Positions 52,112 to 64,000 of a DNA stretch of 64,000 nt are shown one piece after another. The notes under the pieces were generated by a model. It had not been told where the DNA came from. It saw only the letters and a list, made by a program, of their open reading frames with translations, and searched no databases. Positions within the stretch are counted from its first letter, which is position 1, and each line of letters starts with the position of its first letter. The position numbers were made by a program, and so were the translations under genes. Origin of the DNA: Octopus bimaculoides (taxonomy: Eukaryota); contig NC_068990.1 of assembly GCF_001194135.2 (NCBI RefSeq), positions 10,553,716 to 10,617,715 on the forward strand. Reading direction: 5' to 3'.

Positions 52112-52502
52112 TTTTATTTATTTCAGTCATTTGACTGCGGCCATCCTGGAGCACCGCCTTTAGTCGAGCAAATCGACCCAGGACTTATTGTTTGGAAGCC
52201 TAGTACCTATTCTATCGGTCCCTTTTGCCGAACCGCTAGGTTACGGGGACATAAACATACCACTATTGGTTGTTAAACGATGCTGGGGGGACAAACACAG
52301 ACATACAAACATATACACAGGCATACATATATATATGTATACATATACGACGGGATTCTTTCAGTTTCCGCCACTCACAATGATTTGTTCCGTCCGAGGC
52401 TATAATAGAAGACACTCGCCCAAGGTGCCACGCAGTGGGAATGAACCTTGAACCATGTGGTTGGTAAGTGAGTGATTTAACACACAGCCACTCCTGCGCC
52501 TA
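52112..52502 (-). mobile_element. SINE family A, best-preserved full-length copy
   Basis: Minus head aggcgcaggagTGGCTGTGTGtt..ccaaccacatGGTTCAaggttcattcccactgcgtggcaccttgggcgagtgtcttc; tail gtcaaatgactgaaat. Confidence 0.9.
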
Positions 52503-55461
52503 TTGTAAAGAAAGACAGAAAAAAGAATGAAAAGAAACATAAAGCAACTTTATTATCGTCATCATCATCATCATCATAATCGTCGTTTTCGTCGCCATTT
52601 CAATTCTCATCGTTAACATCTTCGTCGTCATCATCATAATATGCAACTGCGTGTAAGATAAAACGTTTAACGAGAAAAGGAAGCAGGGAGAGAGGAGTCA
52701 AATTGCGATCTTATCATGCTTTTCACGATAAGAATCAAGGAAATAGACACATCATCGTCATAATCCTCATCGAGACTTGACATGTGTTAGAGACGGAAGA
52801 TTCAAGAAATGGGTGTTCCCCCTAACCAGGTGACTTCTATGTCTCTATTAAATCTTTGTAAGCTAAAAAAACATGAGCTTAGATTTGAGCTACTGATCAG
52901 CAGCAGGATCGCAGAGAGTCCATTATCTTCATGCTACCCGGTTTGATAATCTGTTTGATGCTTGGTTCGCTTCTGTGCATTTTCATTTTGTTGAGGCGTG
53001 TGCAAATGATTAACATCTGAATTGAAGACAGTTTCAGTTGCATACACAACGTACGTTCGAAACAAACGATAAAATAATGTTAACAATAATAATTATAGCA
53101 ACTAATAATCATATTAGTAACAGTAACAACAACACCATTACTATTTCATATTGTTTGCTGCTTTGTTTCATACCATCTCTCCCAGGTTCCATCGCCCTAC
53201 CTTCCACACTTCATTTCATCTATTACCTCAGCTCTTCCGTCTGTGAACTAGGAAAAAATTAATCCATAAGCAGTAAGGGGTACTTCATATGTTTCTCTAG
53301 CGTTGTCGTCCGTCCCGAATATCTGCCGCAAACTAGTAAGCAGTGTTTAGTAGGGTGTGTTTAAAGTGTTGTTACAGCCTTCTCCTCCATTCATGAATAA
53401 AATCTCAGTTGTTCAGCTGAGTAGATGAATAGAAATGGTATGCTGAAATTACAATATTCTCGGTCTGTTATTATGGCCTCTCCTAAAATGTCTAAATACT
53501 TCTGGAATGTACGTCGTAGTACGAGAATAACAGAATTTCAATTGATACGGAAAAAATTGGGTGACATTACAAATGATCAATCCCTTAATGCCAGATGGTA
53601 TAACATTCGTATATGCTCTAACATTTCCATTTAAATGCATCTTGGGTAAACAACGATAGGTTTGGCAATTTACAATTTCATTTGAGTATATTATAGAAAA
53701 ACTGCAGTAGATTTGGCGATCCCCAAAGACATGTCATTTATGTCATGGTACATGTAAGTTTACAAGCAGTAGACACATGGCAACACTGCAGAATAATCAT
53801 TTTCAAAATGACTGCTGTCACTTCATAGTTTACATTCTAATACAAATAGCACACGCACGTCTAATGCAGGTTGCTTGTACAAAATGGATTACATGTTCCT
53901 CAGGCATTCATACATTCATGTAACAGTCATTTTCAATCAATGTAGAAGTAGGATTAATGAACATCAAGAATGATATTTGCATAAGCTTATGCCATCAATA
54001 CACTATATAGTCATATGCCCTCTACCACATACTGTATGAAGATTTAGGTAGAAAAATCTTCGATATTTCAAACGCTATTTCTTCGTAATAAATCATTCAT
54101 GCTCCCCTTTATGTTACTCCAATGGCAGGGACATAAATGTTTATATATTATAAACTGTAATATTCATATACTGTATCACCAGCTAATTTTTAGAAAGTTT
54201 ACTATTCCAATCAAATATCCAGTGATAAATTTTGACCTACAAACCTCAAAGGTGCATATTATAAGATATTTATTCAATCTAGTTGCATGAACGGAAAGTA
54301 CAAAATTATTTTTGTCAGAGCAAAAAATCTATCATTAATATATATGCTTAATTTTTTTAATAAGAAGTTAACTGCATGAAAAATCATCGCTCTCGACAAG
54401 AAAATCATATTGCTTTTAAATGGTTTTACAAGTATTCTGGGTTCAATAAACTTTAAATAAATTACACAGTTTAAACATCTATGCATTTATTGGTTTGTCA
54501 AATGTATTTGAAGTTTAATCAGTTCGGTATTAAAATGGTTACATTTATACCATTAAGAATATTACCTAGAAGCAACTAAACTAAAAAGCAATCATATTTA
54601 ACAGATGTGAACTAAGAGAATTTGTGAATACTTTTATTATTATATTTTAAAAGGAAAACGAGTGATTGAAGATTGATGGACTATTCTGGAGGAAGAAGAA
54701 ATTCAATTTACTTTCGTTCAAATTGCCATGCATATGTTGAACGGCGATATATTCATATTTTTACACTCTTACCTACAACGGTATCGCAACATACTTGCAC
54801 GTTTATATATAAAGGTATGCGTTAGAGATGTTTAAAGCCTCTAAGGGATAAATATATCCGAAGGCACTTCTGGTAATTACCTTACTAGGTATATACCTTG
54901 GTAAAAGGTATACGGCAGCAGGTAATTTAACGGGTAACTGTAGTTTAATTTATAGAGTTAGCTCCCTTACATTGCACCGCCGGTGAACCCCAGAAGTCAC
55001 AGACTCGTGCAAGAGATGCCACTGAATAACCATGAAACTACACGTCCAACTAATTTATATTTTTCATCCACCTCACAACGAGCTTAACGAACTGTGAACT
55101 AAAGTATTACGTAAGACACTCAAATCTTTGATCTTCTCCTTTCCGATGTAAGCATTGATCATTCACTCTTCTTCTCTCTACCTCTGACTTCTTCGTTCTG
55201 ACGAAGTCTACCGTTAGCAACGAGGCGACAATATGATTATATATTTCTCTTACCATGGTAAACAGAAACGATCATAGACATCTCTCACCCTCACCTTTAT
55301 TAACTAATTAAATAATGGCTTATTTCTTCCTGTCCCTCTAATTGTTGTTTTCCATGTCCGCTTTTGTATCGTCTATCTGCCCAAATGTTTTATTGTCCTC
55401 TATTGCGTTCTTGTTCCATGCTTTATATTTATATATACATATAGCGGCGTACGGGCACACT

Positions 55462-55527
<66 letters not shown>

Positions 55528-56900
55528 TTTACTTAGTTTTAGGATCACGTGATCAAATAAGGAATGATCTCAACAATCGTTGCAGCAGGTATTGAAGAGA
55601 GAACGAAAGAGAACCACAAAGAGACGGGGAGGTAGAGAGAAAAATGAGAGTGATTAGTGATTATGTACACGTGTCTATGAATCCCAACGTGTTCTTCAGT
55701 AACAGAAGAAAGATCGGAGTGATGTGTACCATATATTTGTTGTCTTTTGTCTCATTTGAGTGAAATAAAAATGATTTATCTCTGAACTATATTGCTGTTG
55801 TTTTGAAGTAGAAGTAGCTAGTTACTTTTCAGCAGTCAACAAAATTGCTCGAGCGTCTCTAAGATGTAATGCCGTGTTTTATAGATTTGTCTTTGACAAC
55901 TAGTAAAAGAATACAATGGCTGTTTTAAGTAATACAAAAATAATTATAGAACATAAGGAAGGTGCAGCATCGGTTTAGTACAGCGATAGAATAATATTGA
56001 AATTGCTGTAATTTATTGGATTGTGTACAACAAAGCATTTACTTGTCAAAAATGACACAGCCACAACCACTGGGGTACTTATGAATAGCCTTTAGCAATT
56101 TCATATATATTCAACTATGGAATACAGTAGTAACTTAATAAGAAAGGCAGGTATTATGTAAACATGGTTATCTCAAAATTAATGCCTTCAATTAGATATA
56201 ACACAGTACTGGCGAATGATTTATTGATGATAATTCTGTTTTTCTTTTTACCAGAAAACATAATACTGTCTAAGACTGCAAGCTATATCAGGTGATTTGA
56301 AAGCTATACATGGAATGGATCTTTAACGTATTAACGTCATTCTCATTGATAGATGTTTGACTGGATGTAATGCTGTACAAATTGCCATTATTCATATATG
56401 CATAATATACTGCAGCAGTTTTTTGTCATCTTCCGTGTCGTTGCATAATTTTAATCTTTTTCCTATCATGTACTGCTATGACATCTATTCTCTTTTGACG
56501 TACGTAGGGAGAGAATTGCTCACATGCATTCAAATAAATTAACTAATCACAAACATATACTATCACACACCAAACCCAAGATATACAATTTTAGTGCAGC
56601 CAGTTTTATATTACTGTAAATGACTCACGGACGACTCAGTTTGGTGGATTGAACTCACTGATACATTCACATAGCTGGGGAGATTCTCTGGAGACCTTTA
56701 CCCTAACATACATTGAAACGTGTCCCTCAAAACAATTTCTTGTTCTTTTCTGGTTTCTTCTGTCTCCATTCGTTCCAGTCAATACTAAAAGAAGCAGTTC
56801 TTATTAATATCCAACTTTATATCATGAGCTAATTTATCTAAGTGAGCTTAAATTACATTTGTTCAGTGATAAAATTGGAACTCTAAATATCTTTCAGATA

Positions 56901-57013
<113 letters not shown>

Positions 57014-57551
57014 ATGTCCAGGTGTGAGTGTATATATATATGTGTGTGAGTGTGTATGTATATATGTATGTGTGTAATTGTGTGTATGTATGTTTGTGTG
57101 TGCGTGTGCGTGTCTCTGTGCTTGTACAAGAAAAGGTATTAGTAGTGGGATGTACGTATTTCTTTATTTGTGCGAGTTAGACTTACAAGTGATTCTGATA
57201 TACCTTACAGGTGCCTTCATAGTTCCGTTAATTTTTTTTTTTTCAATCGGTGGACTGATCGAAGGAAAGAAAAATTGAGCGACATTGAAAAAAATAGTAT
57301 CACCTTCAGAGCCGGGGCACCGAGTAGTAAATTATACGAAAACAAAAGCAATACAGGTATCGATATGGAATGGAGGAAGAAAAAAAAGAAAAAGACAAAA
57401 ATAGAAGAGAAGAGGAAAAAGAGGAAAGTGGAAGAGAGGTGGAAGAGAAAAAATCAAAAAGTTCAGGAAGGGGGTGGGTTATTATCGACTTAACCTCTTG
57501 TATTTAATTGCTGGGCTTGTGTTCAAATTTGAAAGCAATATTGAAATCAGA

Positions 57552-57900
57552 ACTAAAGCGGTGAATGGGGCAGCATTTCGTCCGTCTTTACATTCTGAGT
57601 TCTTATTCCACTGAGGTTGACTTTGTCTTTCATTCTTTCGGAATCGATAAAATAAGTCGGGTACTGAGAACGATGTAATCGACTTCTCTTTGCTCTTAAA
57701 TTTTTGTCCTTGTGTTATTATTTTATCAGAACTCCAGGCGAAATGCTTAGCTGTATTTCATCTGTTTGCGCGTTCTTGGTTCAAATTCTGCCTTTCATCT
57801 TTTCTGGGTTGATCGAATACGTACCAATTACGTACTGTGGTCGATGTGATCGACTTAATCTCTTCCCCCGAATATGAGGCATTGTGCTTCCACTACAAAG
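57552..57900 (+). mobile_element. Two tandem decayed SINE family B copies
   Basis: The cgtctttacattctgagttc..gaggttgactttg..ttcattctttcggaatcgataaaataag unit recurs at ~57735-57860. Confidence 0.75.
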
Positions 57901-58258
57901 GATTATTTACCTCTGTATTCTTATAACTATAGACATATCTGTAACTGCTACAAAAGCTAGCATAGCGAAGCACTGTATGAAACCCGATATATTTTCTATA
58001 TTTTATGCATGTGATTAAATATTATTTCAATCATTGTCGCTTTGGTTATCGCCAATCTACAAGAGAATACCCACAATTATAACATTCTGTAGATAAAAGG
58101 AACAAATTCTAGATAGCATTAATAATTCACAGCATAATAGAAAATATTGAACATTTTCTTCTCAGTTCCCAGGAAGAAAACAGAATGTTGTATAAATATT
58201 ATATTAGGGAAATGTCTCATGATTTTCATCAAAGCTAACTCTTTATTATCTATTTCAG

Positions 58259-58486
58259 AATACTAGTGTCGTTCCGTGTACCTCTCTGTTTCTAAGGCAT
58301 ATATTGCAAGCCACAGCATGGACGTCTAACAAGATTACTTCTTCGGAATATGAATGTGTAGAAAGCAAAAAGTGATCTACCTGCAACAGACTAAGATGTA
58401 TTTCTAAAATATTCTGCACAAATTTGAGCATGAATTCACGCAATCTAGAACCGGAAAACAGGAACCAACTAGGAACACTCTGCATG
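58259..58486 (+). other. 228-nt exon-like unit with one in-frame TGA (UTR, poison or pseudo-exon)
   Basis: GCTAAC branch, tctttattatctatttcAG acceptor, atg/GTAACT donor; frame 0 is open except TGA at 58373-58375. Confidence 0.3.
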
Positions 58487-59636
58487 GTAACTTGTGCTTT
58501 ATATGAAGCTACACCGTTCTGTGCTTATTAACCCACACAAACACACACACACACACACACATACTCACACACATAAATATACATAAATAGATACGTACAC
58601 ACGTACATTTTGATTTATAAGCGCGAAAATGGAGATCATCACAGCAGTAAAATTATTTGGTGTGAAGCCTCTTACATCATAGCTGAGTTGGCGATGAACA
58701 GCAGCTATATAAGGAAAAGGAAAAACAGATCAACATATGTTGAGTTATTAAAAGAATACGTGTAACAAAACATCTAACAGAATGTGCTTCACCATTTCTT
58801 GCTTGGTGAATAAAATCTCCATCTGGAGGTGTTGTTGTCATCTGCAATTTCCATTGGTTCTTGATCTCGTAATTGTAGTAAACCTTATCGGGAGATACGC
58901 AATGCAAGGTAAATCTTTGACAATGCTGCTAGTGTTCAGTTCAAACGATCTCTCGCTCCAAATCCATCATTCTACAAGCTTCCCATCTTTGAAAAGTCGT
59001 CCCAAGAGCTCTTAATGTTTTACGTTCCGTCTGGTGTGGGAACTTTTACAATTATTGGGATTGACAATGCATTGGATACACAAATGCCCATTCATAACCT
59101 AAAAGTTAAATAACAACAATATTTGCAACAATATAAATAGTATCATACCTCAGTGCAGATGTCTACAAGTTGATTGCGTTTCGTCTCGGTTTGCAGGGAA
59201 GGCTACTTTCAAGTAGAATAAAATATTAAAGAAATGATTTTTCTCCTCATTCATGTGAACCAGTAAGAACAAGTTCGGTCTTAGTAGCACTAATACATGA
59301 GTCCACGCCGTAAAAAACTTCCTCCTAAACATGTGTTTCTTCAAATACCATTGCCTATTTCCTAGTGACCATTGATTCTTTTGGTACACTATTACTGGAC
59401 AAATAAGTACTTATGTCATGTGAGATATACCAGTTTTGATAGACCAGTCTTAAATTACGACATAGCGTCTCATGAAAAGAAACGCACTCAAATTATACAT
59501 TCAAAGATAGATAATTCTGAAATATACAATGTCGGCCCTAACTGTGTCGTTTATTTTATATATATCCAATAATAACACCTACTGTGGTAAGTACTTACGT
59601 CAACATTGCTGCATGTTTATTAATATTTATTTAGTT

Positions 59637-59850
59637 GAGGGCGGCGTGCTGCCACAATCGTCAGCACACCATGCAAAATGCTTAGCAGTATTTCGTCCAT
59701 CTTGACCTTCTAACTTCGAATTCAGCAGAGGTCGACTTTACTTTTTATCCTTTCGGGGTAGATGAAGTACCAGTTGAGCACTAGATTCGATGTAAGAGAT
59801 TTAGGTCCATACCTGAACTTGCCGGCCTTTGCTAAAATCTTGAAACCAAT
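59637..59850 (+). mobile_element. SINE family B
   Basis: gagggcggcgtgctg...aaatgcttagcagtatttcgtcc...gaggtcgacttta..tatcctttcggggtagat..gtaccagttgagcac. Confidence 0.8.
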
Positions 59851-60614
59851 ATTTATTTAGTTTGGAGAATAGTACAATGTAAATTTAGTGGCATTTGGCT
59901 GGTATTTCCAGCAAGATGTTCACCTGTATAAAGCGACCGTGGTCTTACAATGCTTGGATATTTCGAAAAATTAAGCATAACTTTAGGACGAAATTTTTAT
60001 TTTCACAGAATCATTATTAGCATCTGCTAAAATTTGGAGGATAATAAATGTGGATGCTGAGAAATATGCAATAATTGAGAGAGAAGTAAAGACAATTAAA
60101 GAAGAGAAAAAAGAAATTACCTTATGCTAGCACAAAATATCGTATAAGAACCGAATCAATACACAATAAATCTCAGTGCTGCAACTTTGAGTGAAAAAAA
60201 CATCTGCCACTTCGGTATTGACTGAGGATTAAATTTGATTTTGGAAAAAGTAGACATCTCTTCAGAAACCTTAGTTGGAAAACAATTGCTTCCATTATTG
60301 GTTTTATTATCGTTTCATTCTTATACACCACCTTCCATTCCATTTTTTTCTTTCTATTTTGTATTGTAGTTGTTGCTGTTGTTGATTATGTTGTTGTTCT
60401 TTCTTTTTACAACTAATTGTTTCTCATTGATCTTTTTTCTTTCTTTTTTTTTTGCCTTCTCCGTCTTGAAATTATTTTCCTTCCTGTTTCTATTACGTCA
60501 CCGTCATCTTCCTCAACATCATCATCCTCATCATCGTCGAAACAGCCATCATCGTTATTACCATCGTATTCATTTCTTCTTCTTCTTCTTCTTCTTCGTC
60601 TTCTTCTTCTTCTT

Positions 60615-60644
<30 letters not shown>

Positions 60645-60698
<54 letters not shown>

Positions 60699-60721
60699 GT
60701 TCAGTAGTTTTATTTTTATAA
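60645..60721 (-). mobile_element. R4/Dong-like 3' terminus (rest hidden in the gap)
   Basis: Reverse complement ttataaaaataaaactactgaacaataataat is identical to the terminus at 29631-29660. Confidence 0.75.
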
Positions 60722-61591
60722 NNNNNNNNNNNNNNNNNNNNNNNNNNNNNNNNNNNNNNNNNNNNNNNNNNNNNNNNNNNNNNNNNNNNNNNNNNNNNNN
60801 NNNNNNNNNNNNNNNNNNNNNNNNNNNNNNNNNNNNNNNNNNNNNNNNNNNNNNNNNNNNNNNNNNNNNNNNNNNNNNNNNNNNNNNNNNNNNNNNNNNN
60901 NNNNNNNNNNNNNNNNNNNNNNNNNNNNNNNNNNNNNNNNNNNNNNNNNNNNNNNNNNNNNNNNNNNNNNNNNNNNNNNNNNNNNNNNNNNNNNNNNNNN
61001 NNNNNNNNNNNNNNNNNNNNNNNNNNNNNNNNNNNNNNNNNNNNNNNNNNNNNNNNNNNNNNNNNNNNNNNNNNNNNNNNNNNNNNNNNNNNNNNNNNNN
61101 NNNNNNNNNNNNNNNNNNNNNNNNNNNNNNNNNNNNNNNNNNNNNNNNNNNNNNNNNNNNNNNNNNNNNNNNNNNNNNNNNNNNNNNNNNNNNNNNNNNN
61201 NNNNNNNNNNNNNNNNNNNNNNNNNNNNNNNNNNNNNNNNNNNNNNNNNNNNNNNNNNNNNNNNNNNNNNNNNNNNNNNNNNNNNNNNNNNNNNNNNNNN
61301 NNNNNNNNNNNNNNNNNNNNNNNNNNNNNNNNNNNNNNNNNNNNNNNNNNNNNNNNNNNNNNNNNNNNNNNNNNNNNNNNNNNNNNNNNNNNNNNNNNNN
61401 NNNNNNNNNNNNNNNNNNNNNNNNNNNNNNNNNNNNNNNNNNNNNNNNNNNNNNNNNNNNNNNNNNNNNNNNNNNNNNNNNNNNNNNNNNNNNNNNNNNN
61501 NNNNNNNNNNNNNNNNNNNNNNNNNNNNNNNNNNNNNNNNNNNNNNNNNNNNNNNNNNNNNNNNNNNNNNNNNNNNNNNNNNNNNNNNNNN

Positions 61592-61699
61592 ATTATCCTC
61601 CTCGTCATTATCATCATCTTCATCATCATCATCATTACAATTACTCCTCCTCCTCCTAACACCACCACCACCGCCGCCGCCGCTGCCACCACCACCACC

Positions 61700-61793
<94 letters not shown>
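61592..61793. repeat. Compound trinucleotide array (CAT)-(CCT)-(CAC)-(CGC)-(CAC)-(TAC)
   Basis: Directly visible. Confidence 0.95.
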
Positions 61794-61794
<1 letters not shown>

Positions 61795-64000
61795 AGTTAG
61801 TATGAATGTTGCTTTATTTTTATTTTCGTTTGCAGCATTAGACACTCTTTATCACAGTAAATACTATTGGACTTACAACTATTTACTTCAGAGAAATTTA
61901 TCTTTATTGTTAAACATTTGTGTATATGTTTATATATTTTGCATGCGTAAATATTATTATATACCCATAATGCAATATACATCCCTGTCGAAGTCGGAAT
62001 AAGAGCGACCAGCTAATGTGACAGACAGCAACAGATATTCCATTAAAACATTTAGAAACAAAACTGAAAATTTTGAAACAAAATTACTGTTGTACAGAAT
62101 AGCATAGTGGTAAACACGCAAAACTGATGTTAAAGTAGACAGTGGGGATAGTCAAACATTTTAACACCGTATTAAATAGCTTAAGCTTTGATAAGATTTC
62201 GTACGAACAACTACATCTAAAACATGGAGGGGGCTATCATATACAATCAGATATGCTCTAAGAAGAAAACATGATTATGGATATCGGCATACTCAGTAGT
62301 CCGGTCTATGATATACGAAACTTTTTGCCATCTTTAAGTGTATGAAAATGGGATGAAAACAAGTCGGGGATTTTGTATCACACTATTGCACACAAACAGC
62401 CGCTGCACTGTGTGGCGGATGGGTATCGTGAGAAGTGATTTTATTTGTTGTGATATTTTGTATTCAAACAAGAGACAACAAGCACCAACCACCTTGCTAA
62501 CATTTACTTAAACAGTTGATTCTAAAGGAGACAAACTTATTACATCCTGAATTACCATCTCACATTGTATTGAATTTACCGAAGTTTGGTATATAACATA
62601 AAAGCATTTATTCATATCTACTATTTACCTTACGTGTCGTTTAAAAATTCCCATTAGCATTTTTTCTGCTTTACTTTCACGATAACCAGATAAATTCGAT
62701 TAGCTATGTTTTCGTACCTTATTCAATAAACCAAGTGTACCTGAATCATTCAAGTATGTGCTATTGACACACATTAATTTAATTAGTTTATTTCATACAA
62801 TTATGCAAATTATTCTTTCATAACACTTTGGCCTTCCAGTCAATTTCACTTTCGACAGATCCTTTCCTGCTTCACGATATTTTTTTACTTATATCTAAAA
62901 CGGCCACCGAAACGTGACCTTCGACGAAATTTTATGTAAATTTAATTTTTCTTTTTCTTCAAAGATTTTATTACGTGTTTTCAAATTTTATTGCGTATTT
63001 TCAAATTAATGTAAATTTCGCTCCTCGCACGTCCTTCGGTGCATCCAATTGTTTCATCAAACAAATACGTTATTTTATCGTTTCATGTTTCAGCTCCGTG
63101 ACTACGGTCATGTTGGACTATTCATATTTATGTATGTATGTTTATGCATATGCATATACATACATATATAAATATATGCGTATATGCATAAGCCCACACA
63201 TACACATACGAGCTTGTGCATGTGCGTTTCGTGTACAGGTGATATTGATTAGGTTTATTTATTATTTGTCTTTTTATTCGACTAGCATGTTGGATGACGG
63301 TTCATATACGTATGAAAGGCGAACAAATTGTCTCTGACTGTATACCTCCAACATATATGTAGTGAGGTTATCATAGTAATTTTCCACCTGAAAAATGGGA
63401 GAAAAAAACCGGTATTTCCATATTTCTGTTCTAATACTTATTTTTATGAAGTCATAAATCTGCTGACTAATATTAGCAAAATGTCACGAAGTTTGGCGAA
63501 CAATTTCTGTCAATTAAAGATTACGTGATCCACAGCATTTGATTCTAAAATATTTTAGGAAAATCAAAGAAAGATGCTATGTGAAATACGAGAATAAAGA
63601 AATATACTTCACATCTGCTAGAAATTTTCTCAGCTCGTAAATTATTTCTACCACTCATTTTTCGATAAATATATCTTGGTTTAGTTTATTTGTTTATCAT
63701 TAGTGAATAGTCCTGTATGGAAAACTATTTCGGATATTCTTCTCAACCGCGTTCACAAATTTGTGTAGCGAATGGTGCAAACTTATCGATGATTACTGTC
63801 GGTGATGGCGTTTCTGAGGTGTTACTGCAAGGTATACAGTGTTTCTTTAATGGTTTAAATATCTTTAGCATGTATCACCTAGAACGATACACTTTTAATT
63901 CAGCAGCTGAAGTAGTCACATTTCCTTTGGTGTCCTCATTATAGAACTGAGTCGAAGGACAAATGTTAAAGTTCCGTGGACCAATCTAAAATAAATACAG

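Noticed and set aside
52890-53012. Transmembrane-like peptide IIFMLPGLIICLMLGSLLCIFILLRR
   Set aside because: No adequate acceptor or start; T-rich DNA readily yields hydrophobic translations.
58670-59400. Several 76-79-aa ORFs and minus-strand splice-like sites
   Set aside because: All frames are interrupted by stops, the implied intron would be only 50 nt, and there is no recognisable domain.

Overview
AT-rich eukaryotic genomic DNA from a short-read assembly, with many N gaps that nearly always open at (AT)n, (CA)n, (CT)n or (TAA)n tracts. The repeat repertoire and microsatellite density point to a coleoid cephalopod, probably Octopus (inference from recognised repeat families, not verified). 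There is no complete gene, rRNA, true tRNA or CRISPR array. Most long ORFs in the track are microsatellite or N-gap artefacts. The window looks like intronic/intergenic DNA packed with decayed elements: five tRNA-derived SINE families, R4/Dong-like RLE retrotransposons sitting in (TAA)n arrays, Penelope-like elements (PLEs) ending in (AT)n arrays, mariner/Tc1 remnants and MITEs, a Helitron helicase fragment and LINE fragments. A few short, well-formed plus-strand exon candidates (best 26095-26135, then 33003-33101) suggest an unidentified large-intron host gene. The most interesting signals are: (1) minimal type-I hammerhead-ribozyme-like motifs in PLE 3' ends, from at least two families, one forming a head-to-head palindrome joined at the ribozyme; (2) two PLEs converging tail-to-tail on one (AT)n; (3) a ~240-bp foldback whose arm differences are biased toward plus-strand G-U pairs; (4) a 228-nt exon-like unit with a single in-frame TGA. 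All calls were made by eye. Boundaries of decayed elements are approximate.
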